From Eledone cirrhosa (taxonomy: Eukaryota), in assembly GCA_964016885.1 (NCBI GenBank), contig OZ024740.1, forward strand, positions 251,534,001 through 251,598,000: a DNA stretch of 64,000 nucleotides, read 5' to 3'. The notes under the pieces are model-generated. The model was given only the letters and a program-made list of their open reading frames with translations. It searched no databases and was not told the DNA's origin. Every line of letters begins with the position of its first letter. Position 1 is the first letter of the stretch. The translations under genes and the position numbers were made by a program. This document shows, in pieces, positions 54,570 through 64,000 of the stretch.

Positions 54570-57500
54570 AATTATCTCCCCCTGATTTTTTTACAAATTA
54601 TCTCCCCCTGATTTTTTTACAAATTATCTCCCCCTGATTTTTTTTACAAATTATCTCCCCTTGATTTTTTTTTACAAATTATCTCCCCCTGATTTTTTTT
54701 TTACAAATTATCTCCCCCTGATTTTTTTTAAAATTATCTTCCCTTGGCTGGCGGGAAATTATCTCCCCTTGGACGGCTGAAAATTATCTCCCATTGGACG
54801 GCTGCAAATTATCTCCCCTTGATTTTTTTTACAAATTATCTCCCCCTGATTTTTTTTACAAATTATCTCCCCCTGATTTTTTTTACAAATTATCTCCCCC
54901 TGATTTTTTTTACAAATTATCTCCCCCTGATTTTTAAAAAAAAAATTATCTCCTCTTCGCTGGCTGGAAATTATCTCCCCTTGGACGCTGGAAATTATAG
55001 CCCCTTGGAGGGCTGGAAATTATCTTCCCTTGGACGGCTGGAAATTATCTTCCCTTGGACGGCTGGAAATTATCTCCCCTTGATTTTTTTTACAAATTAT
55101 CTCCCCCTGATTTTTTTTACAAATTATCTCCCCTGATTTTTTTTTACAAATTATCTCCCCCTGATTTTTTTTTACAAATTATCTCCCCCTGATTTTTTTT
55201 ACAAATTATCTCCCCCTGATTTTTTTACAAATTATCTCCCCTTGGCTGGCTGGAAATTATCTCCCCTTGGAGGCAGGAATTTATCTCCCCTTGGACGGCT
55301 AGAAATTACCTCTCCTTGGACGGCTGGAAAATATGTCTCCTTGGACGGCTGGAAATTATCTCCACTTGGACGGCTGGAAATTATCTCCCCTTGGACGGCT
55401 GGAAATTATCTCCCCTTGGACGGCTAGAAATTACCTCTCCTTGGACGGCTGAAAATTATCTCCCCTTGGACGGCTGGGAATTATCTCCCCTTGATTTTTT
55501 TACAAATTATCTCACCCTGATTTTTTTTTACAAATTATCTCCCCCTGATTTTTTTTACAAATTATCTCCCCCTGATTTTTTTTACAAATTATCTCCCCCT
55601 GATTTTTTTTACAAATTATCTCCGCCTGATTTTTTTAAATATTATCTCTCCTTGGCTGGCGGGAAATTATCTCCCCTTGGACGGCTGCAAATTATCTCCG
55701 CTTGATTTTTTTTACAAATTATCTCCCCCTGATTTTTTTTTACAAATTATCTCCCCCTGATTTTTTTTGCAAATTATCTCCCCTGATTTTTTTTTACAAA
55801 TTATCTCCCCCTGATTTTTTTTTACAAATTATCTCCCCCTGATTTTTTTTTTACAAATTATCTCCCCCTGATTTTTTTACAAATTATCTCCCCCTGATTT
55901 TTTTTACAATCTCCGCCTGATTTTTTTAAAAATTATCTTCCCTTGGCTGGCGGGAAATTATCTCCCCTTGGACGGCTGGAAATTATCTCCCCTTGGAAGG
56001 ATGGAAATTATCTCCCCTTGGACGGCTGGAAATTATCTCCCCTTGCACGGCTGGAAATTATCTCCCCTTGGCTGGAAATTATCTCCCCTTGGACGGCTAG
56101 AAATTATCTCTCTTTGGATGGCTGGAAATTATCTCTCTTTGATTTTTTTTACAAATTATCTCCCTCTGATTTTTTTTACAAATCTCCCCCTGATTTTTTT
56201 TTACAAATTATCTCCCCCTGATTTTTTTTACAAACTATCTCCCCCTGATTTTTTTACAAATTATCTCCCCTTGGCTGGCTGGAAATTATCTCCCCTTGGA
56301 GGCTGGAATTTATCTCCCCTTGGACGGCTAGAAATTACCTCTCCTTGGACGGCTGGAAAATATGTCTCCTTGGACGGCTGGAAATTATCTCCCCTTGGAC
56401 GGCTGGAAATTACCTCTCCTTGGACGGCTGAAAATTATCTCCCCTTGGACGGCTGGAAATTATCTCCCCTTGATTTTTTTACAAATTATCTCCCCCTGAT
56501 TTTTTTTTTACAAATTATCTCCCCCTGATTTTTTTTACAAATTATCTACGCCTGATTTTTTTAAATATTATCTCTCCTTGGCTTGCGGGAAATTATCTCC
56601 CCTTGGAAGGATGGAAATTATCTCCCCTTGGACGGCTGGAAATTATCTCCCCTTGGACGGCTAGAAATTATCTCTCCTTGGACGGCTGAAAATTATCTCC
56701 CCTTGGACGGCTGCAAATTATCTCCCCTTGATTTTTTTTACAAATTATCTCCCCCTGATTTTTTTTTACAAATTATCTCCCCCTGATTTTTTTTACAAAT
56801 TATCTCCCCCTGATTTTTTTTTACAAATTATCTCCCCCTGATTTTTTTTTACAAATTATCTACCCCTGATTTTTTTACAAATTATCTCCCCCTGATTTTT
56901 TTTACAAATTATCTCCCCCTGATTTTTCTTTTACAAATTATCTCCCCCTGATTTTTTTACAAATTATCTCCCCCTGATTTTTTTTACAAATTATCTCCGC
57001 CTGATTTTTTTAAATATTATCTTCCCTTGGACGGCTGGAAATTATCTCCCCTTGGCTGGAAATTATCTCCCCTTGGACGGCTAGAAATTATCTCTCTTTG
57101 GACGGCTGGAAATTATCTCCCCTTGATTTTTTTTACAAATTATCTCCCCCTGATTTTTTTTACAAATCTCCCAGTGATTTTTAAAAAAAAATTATCTCCC
57201 CTTCGCTGGCTGGAAATTATCTCCCCTTGGACGCTGGAAATTATAGCCCCTTGGAGGGCTGGAAATTATCTTCCCTTGGACGGCTGGAAATTATCTTCTC
57301 TTGATTTTTTTTACAAATTATCTCCCCCTGATTTTTTTTTACAAATTATCTCCCCCTGATTTTGTTTTACAAATTATCTCCGCCTGATTTTTTAAAAAAA
57401 ATTATCTCCCCTTGGACGGCTGGAAATTACCTCCCCTTGGACGGCTGGAAATTATCTCTCCTTGGACGGCTAGAAATTACCTATCCTTGGACGGATGAAA

Positions 57501-60500
57501 ATTATCTCCCCTTGGACGGCTGGAAATTAACTCCCCTTGATTTTTTTTACAAATTATCTCCCCCTGATTTTTTTTACAAATTATCTCCCCCTGATTTTTT
57601 TTTACAAATTATCTCCCCCTGATTTTTTTTTACAAATTATCTCCCCCTGATTTTTTTTACAAATTATCTCCCCCTGATTTTTTTACAAATTATCTCCCCT
57701 TGGCTGGCTGGAAATTATCTCCCCTTGGAGGCTGGAATTTATCTCCCCTTGGACGGCTAGAAATTACCTCTCCTTGGACGGCTGGAAAATATGTCTCCTT
57801 GGACGGCTGGAAATTATCTCCCCTTGGACGGCTGGAAATTATCTCCCCTTGGACGGCTGGAAATTATCTGCCCTTGGATGGCTAGATATTACCTCCCCTT
57901 GGACGGCTGGAAATTATCTCCCCTTGATTTTTTTTACAAATTATCTCCCCCTGATTTTTTTTTACAAATTATCTCCCCCTGATTTTTTTTTACAAATTAT
58001 CTCCCCCTGATTTTTGTTTACAAATTATCTCCGCCTGATTTTTTTTTAAAAATTATCTCCCGTTGGACGGCTGGAAATTATCTCCCCTTGGACGGCTGGA
58101 AATTATCTCCCCTTGGACGGCTAGAAATTACCTCTCCTTGGACGGCTGAAAATTATCTCCCCTTGGACGGCTGGAAATTATCTCCCCTTGATTTTTTTTA
58201 CAAATTATCTCCCCCTGATTTTTTTTTACAAATTATCTCCCCCTGATTTTTTTTACAAATTATCTCCCCCTGATTTTTTTTACAAATTATCTCCCCCTGA
58301 TTTTTTTTACAGATTATCTCCGCCTGATTTTTTTAAATATTATCTCTCCTTGGCTGGCGGGAAATTATCTCCCCTTGGACGGCTGGAAATTATCTCCCCT
58401 TGATTTTCTTTTTACAAATTATCTCCCCCTGATTTTTCTTTTACAAATTATCTCCCCCTGATTTTTTTACAAATTATCTCCGCCTGATTTTTTTAAATAT
58501 TATCTTCCCTTGGCTGGCGGGAAATGATCTCCCCTTGGACGGCTGGAAATTATCTGCCCTTGATTTTCTTTTTACAAATTATCTTCCACTGATTTTTTTT
58601 ACAAATTATCTCCACCTGATTTTTTAAAAAATTATCTCCCCTTGGAAGGCTGGAAATTATCTCCCCTTGGACGGCTAGAAATTATCTCTCTTTGGAAGGC
58701 TGGAAATTATCTCCCCTTGATTTTTTTTACAAATTATCTCCCCCTGATTTTTTTTACAAATATCCCAGTGATTTTTTTAAAAAAATTATCTCCCCTTCGC
58801 TGGCTGGAAATTATCTCCCCTTGGAATTTGGAAATTATAGCCCCTTGGAGGGCTGGAAATTATCTTCCCTTGGACGGCTGGAAATTATCTCCCCTTGATT
58901 TTTTTTACAAATTATCTCCCCCTGATTTTTTTTTACAAATTATCTCCCCCTGATTTTTTTTTACAACTTATCTCCGCCTGATTTTTTTAAAAAAATCATC
59001 TCCCCTTGGACGGCTGGAAATTATCTCCCCTGGGACGGCTGGAAATTATCTCTCCTTGGACGGCTAGAAATTACCTCTCCTTGGACAATTGAAAATTATC
59101 TCCCCTTGGACGGCTGGAAATTATCTCCCCTAGATTTTTTTTACAAATTATCTCCCCCTGATTTTTTTTACAAATCTCCCAGTGATTTTTTAAAAAAAAT
59201 TATCTCCCCTTCGCTGGCTGGAAATTATCTCCCCTTGGACGCTGGAAATTATAGCCCCTTGGAGGGCTGGAAATTATCTTCCCTTGGACGGCTGGAAATT
59301 ATCTTCTCTTGATTTTTTTTACAAATTATCTCCCCCTGATTTTTTTTTACAAATTATCTCCCCCTGATTTTGTTTTACAAATTATCTCCGCCTGATTTTT
59401 TAAAAAAAATTATCTCCCCTTGGACGGCTGGAAATTACCTCCCCTTGGACGGCTGGAAATTATCTCTCCTTGGACGGCTAGAAATTACCTATCCTTGGAC
59501 GGATGAAAATTATCTCCCCTTGGACGGCTGGAAATTAACTCCCCTTGATTTTTTTTACAAATTATCTCCCCCTGATTTTTTTTACAAATTATCTCCCCCT
59601 GATTTTTTTTTACAAATTATCTCCCCCTGATTTTTTTTTACAAATTATCTCCCCCTGATTTTTTTTACAAATTATCTCCCCCTGATTTTTTTACAAATTA
59701 TCTCCCCTTGGCTGGCTGGAAATTATCTCCCCTTGGAGGCTGGAATTTATCTCCCCTTGGACGGCTAGAAATTACCTCTCCTTGGACGGCTGGAAAATAT
59801 GTCTCCTTGGACGGCTGGAAATTATCTCCCCTTGGACGGCTGGAAATTATCTCCCCTTGGACGGCTGGAAATTATCTGCCCTTGGATGGCTAGATATTAC
59901 CTCCCCTTGGACGGCTGGAAATTATCTCCCCTTGATTTTTTTTACAAATTATCTCCCCCTGATTTTTTTTTACAAATTATCTCCCCCTGATTTTTTTTTA
60001 CAAATTATCTCCCCCTGATTTTTGTTTACAAATTATCTCCGCCTGATTTTTTTTTAAAAATTATCTCCCGTTGGACGGCTGGAAATTATCTCCCCTTGGA
60101 CGGCTGGAAATTATCTCCCCTTGGACGGCTAGAAATTACCTCTCCTTGGACGGCTGAAAATTATCTCCCCTTGGACGGCTGGAAATTATCTCCCCTTGAT
60201 TTTTTTTACAAATTATCTCCCCCTGATTTTTTTTTACAAATTATCTCCCCCTGATTTTTTTTACAAATTATCTCCCCCTGATTTTTTTTACAAATTATCT
60301 CCCCCTGATTTTTTTTACAGATTATCTCCGCCTGATTTTTTTAAATATTATCTCTCCTTGGCTGGCGGGAAATTATCTCCCCTTGGACGGCTGGAAATTA
60401 TCTCCCCTTGATTTTCTTTTTACAAATTATCTCCCCCTGATTTTTCTTTTACAAATTATCTCCCCCTGATTTTTTTACAAATTATCTCCGCCTGATTTTT

Positions 60501-63500
60501 TTAAATATTATCTTCCCTTGGCTGGCGGGAAATGATCTCCCCTTGGACGGCTGGAAATTATCTGCCCTTGATTTTCTTTTTACAAATTATCTTCCACTGA
60601 TTTTTTTTTACAAATTATCTCCACCTGATTTTTTAAAAAATTATCTCCCCTTGGAAGGCTGGAAATTATCTCCCCTTGGACGGCTAGAAATTATCTCTCT
60701 TTGGAAGGCTGGAAATTATCTCCCCTTGATTTTTTTTACAAATTATCTCCCCCTGATTTTTTTTACAAATATCCCAGTGATTTTTTTAAAAAAATTATCT
60801 CCCCTTCGCTGGCTGGAAATTATCTCCCCTTGGACGCTGGAAATTATAGCCCCTTGGAGGGCTGGAAATTATCTTCCCTTGGACGGCTGGAAATTATCTC
60901 CCCTTGATTTTTTTTACAAATTATCTCCCCCTGATTTTTTTTTACAAATTATCTCCCCCTGATTTTTTTTTACAACTTATCTCCGCCTGATTTTTTTAAA
61001 AAAATCATCTCCCCTTGGACGGCTGGAAATTATCTCCCCTGGGACGGCTGGAAATTATCTCTCCTTGGACGGCTAGAAATTACCTCTCCTTGGACAATTG
61101 AAAATTATCTCCCCTTGGACGGCTGGAAATTATCTCCCCTTGATTTTTTTTACAAATTATCTCCCCCTGATTTTTTTTACAAATTATCTCCCCTGATTTT
61201 TTTTTACAAATTATCTCCCCCTGATTTTTTTTTACAAATTATCTCCCCCTGATTTTTTTTACAAATTATCTCCCCCTGATTTTTTTACAAATTATCTCCC
61301 CTTGGCTGGCTGGAAATTATCTCCCCTTGGAGACAGGAATTTATCTCCCCTTGGACGGCTAGAAATTACCTCTCCTTGGACGGCTGGAAAATATGGTTCC
61401 TTGGACGGCTGGAAATTATCTCCCCTTGGACGGCTGGAAATTATCTCCCCTTGGACGGCTGGAAATTATCTCCCCTTGGACGGCTAGAAATTACCTCTCC
61501 TTGGACAATTGAAAATTATCTCCCCTTGGACGGCTGGAAATTATCTCCCCTTGATTTTTTTTACAAATTATCTCCCCCTGATTTTTTTTTACAAATTATC
61601 TCCCCCTGATTTTTTTTACAAATTATCTCCCCTGATTTTTTTTTACAAATTATCTCCCCCTGATTTTTTTTTACAAATTATCTCCCCCTGATTTTTTTTT
61701 TACAAATTATCTCCCCCTGATTTTTTTACAAATTATCTCCCCCTGATTTTTTTTACAATCTCCGCCTGATTTTTTTAAAAATTATCTTCCCTTGGCTGGC
61801 GGGAAATTATCTCCCCTTGGACGGCTGGAAATTATCTCCCCTTGGAAGGATGGAAATTATCTCCCCTTGGACGGCTGGAAATTATCTCCCCTTGCACGGC
61901 TGGAAATTATCTCCCCTTGGCTGGAAATTATCTCCCCTTGGACGGCTAGAAATTATCTCTCTTTGGATGGCTGGAAATTATCTCCCTTTGATTTTTTTTA
62001 CAAATTATCTCCCTCTGATTTTTTTTACAAATCTCCCCCTGATTTTTTTTTACAAATTATCTCCCCCTGATTTTTTTTACAAACTATCTCCCCCTGATTT
62101 TTTTACAAATTATCTCCCCTTGGCTGGCTGGAAATTATCTCCCCTTGGAGGCTGGAATTTATCTCCCCTTGGACGGCTAGAAATTACCTCTCCTTGGACG
62201 GCTGGAAAATATGTCTCCTTGGACGGCTGGAAATTATCTCCCCTTGGACGGCTGGAAATTACCTCTCCTTGGACGGCTGAAAATTATCTCCCCTTGGACG
62301 GCTGGAAATTATCTCCCCTTGATTTTTTTACAAATTATCTCCACCTGATTTTTTTTTTACAAATTATCTCCCCCTGATTTTTTTTACAAATTATCTACGC
62401 CTGATTTTTTTAAATATTATCTCTCCTTGGCTGGCGGGAAATTATCTCCCCTTGGAAGGATGGAAATTATCTCCCCTTGGACGGCTGGAAATTATCTCCC
62501 CTTGCACTGCTGGAAATTATCTCCCCTTGGACGGCTGGAAATTATCTGCCCTTGATTTTGTTTTTACAAATTATCTTCCCCTGATTATTTTTACAAATTA
62601 TCTCCACCTGATTTTTTAAAAAATTATCTCCCCTTGGACGGCTGGAAATTATCTCCCCTTGGCTGGAAATTATCTCCCCTTGGACGGCTAGAAATTATCT
62701 CTCTTTGGACGGCTGGAAATTATCTCCCCTTGATTTTTTTTACAAATTATCTCCCCCTGATTTTTTTTACAAATTATCCCCCCATGATTTTTAAAAAAAA
62801 AATTATCTCCCCTTCGCTGGCTGGAAATTATCTCCCCTTGGACGCTGGAAATTATAGCCCCTTGGAGGGCTGGAAATTATCTTCCCTTGGACGGCTGGAA
62901 ATTATCTCCCCTTGATTTTTTTTACAAATTATCTCCCCCTGATTTTTTTTTACAAATTATCTCCCCCTAATTTTTTTAAAAAAATTATCTCCCCTTGGAC
63001 GGCTGGAAATTATCTCCCCTTGGACGGCTGGAAATTATCTCCCCTTGGACGGCTAGAAATTACCTCTCCTTGGACGGCTGAAAATTATCTCCCCTTGGAC
63101 GGCTGCAAATTATCTCCCCTTGATTTTTTTTACAAATTATCCCCCCATGATTTAAAAAAAAAAAATTATCTCCCCTTCGCTGGCTGGAAATTATCTCCCC
63201 TTGGACGCTGGAAATTATAGCCCCTTGGAGGGCTGGAAATTATCTTCCCTTCGACGGCTGGAAATTATCTCCCCTTGATTTTTTTTACAAATTATCTCCC
63301 CCTGATTTTTTTTTACAAATTATCTCCCACTGATTTTTTTTTACAAATTATCTCCCCCTGATTTTTTTTTTACAAATTATCTCCGCCTGATTTTTTAAAA
63401 AAAATTATCTCCCCTTGGACGGCTGGAAATTATCTCCCCTTGGACGGCTGGAAATTATCTCCCCTTGGACGGCTAGAAATTACCTCTCCTTGGACGGCTG

Positions 63501-64000
63501 AAAATTATCTCCCCTTGGACGGCTGCAAATTATCTCCCCTTGATTTTTTTTACAAATTATCTCCCCCTGATTTTTTTTACAAATTATCTCCCCCTGATTT
63601 TTTTTACAAATTATCTCCCCCTGATTTTTTTTTACAAATTATCTCCCCCTGATTTTTTTTTACAAATTATCTCCCCCTGATTTTTTTTACAAATTATCTC
63701 CCCCTGATTTTTTTTACAATCTCCGCCTGATTTTTTAAAAAATTATCTTCCCTTGGCTGGCGGGAAATTATCTCCCCTTGGACGGCTGGAAATTATCTCC
63801 CCTTGGACGGCTAGAAATTATCTCTCTTTGGACGGCTGGAAATTATCTCCCCTTGATTTTTTTTACAAATTATCTCCCCCTGATTTTTTTTACAAATTAT
63901 CCCCGCATGATTTTTAAAAAAAAAATTATCTCCCCTTCGCTGGCTGGAAATTATCTCCCCTTGGACGCTGGAAATTATAGCCCCTTGGAGGGCTGGAAAT
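54570..64000 (+). repeat. Higher-order block duplicated from ~22.46-29.7 kb, with an internal 2.0-kb gain
   Basis: ORF offsets 32,110 (22634/54744; 23858/55968; 25590/57700), 32,112, then 34,121 (27181/61302; 28513/62634). Confidence 0.9.
57110..61130 (+). repeat. Tandem 2,008-bp duplication
   Basis: ORF pairs 57362/59370, 57700/59708, 57774/59782 and 58188/60196 differ by 2,008. Confidence 0.92.

Larger units (their letters stand above)
1..64000 (+). repeat. Composite tandem satellite array of two related monomers (25-bp A, ~27-bp B) sharing a 16-bp core; runs off both window ends
   Basis: Every line consists of AAATTATCTCCCC(T/C)TG followed by GACGGCTGG or A-T(n)-AC, or point variants of these. 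No unique sequence and no inverted segment seen. Confidence 0.99.

Noticed and set aside
93-63652. All listed + strand ORFs (60-245 aa; KLSPLGRLEIISPWTAGNYLPLDGW / FFTNYLPLI / FFYKLSPPD repeats)
   Set aside because: Monomer A has no stop in any + frame and B has only one TGA, so open frames arise automatically. Starts are almost all the repeat's TTG, overlapping frames give the same peptides, and T-run changes shift frame freely. The minus strand has TAA in every monomer, which explains the lack of minus-strand ORFs.
1-64000. CRISPR array (constant repeat plus variable spacer)
   Set aside because: The constant part is only 13-16 bp, the intervening parts are 9-14 bp of just two recurring types rather than unique spacers, and there is no leader or cas gene.
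1-64000. Telomerase- or reverse-transcriptase-synthesised repeat with two templates
   Set aside because: Kilobase blocks with identical private variants and T-length strings indicate DNA-level duplication. The monomers match no telomere repeat I recognise, and no enzyme gene is present. An ancient origin of this kind cannot be excluded.
1-64000. Canonical G-quadruplex or i-motif array
   Set aside because: G4-5 runs are separated by ~21-23 nt loops, far longer than canonical; only weak potential.
1-64000. Embedded transposon, tRNA, rRNA or unique insertion
   Set aside because: No non-monomer stretch longer than a few bases was found on reading through the window.

Overview
The whole 64 kb is one uninterrupted, unidirectional tandem satellite array, most likely eukaryotic heterochromatin. 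The organism and family cannot be named from the sequence alone. It is built from about 2,400 short monomers (64,000/~26.5, an estimate) that share a 16-bp core AAATTATCTCCCC(T/C)TG and carry one of two tails. Type A is 25 bp (AAATTATCTCCCCTTGGACGGCTGG, 52% GC). Type B is usually 26-30 bp (AAATTATCTCCCCCTGA-T7..11-AC, ~30% GC). A-runs and B-runs alternate, A-runs fall into a few fixed ordered cassettes, and the array is a nested mosaic of duplications with offsets of ~0.93, 1.67, 2.0, 2.7, 3.2, 4.1, 7.9, 10.6, 11.7, 20.5 and 30-34 kb. I find no protein-coding gene, RNA gene, transposon or CRISPR-cas locus; all listed ORFs are translations of the repeat. The most interesting signals are the two-state monomer grammar, T/A junctions whose boundary slides while total length stays fixed, 3-nt substitutions that create perfect inverted repeats, breakpoints inside the shared core, and a GATA-type AGATAA motif in nearly every monomer. 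Offsets come from the ORF track and from rare variants read by eye, so block boundaries are approximate.
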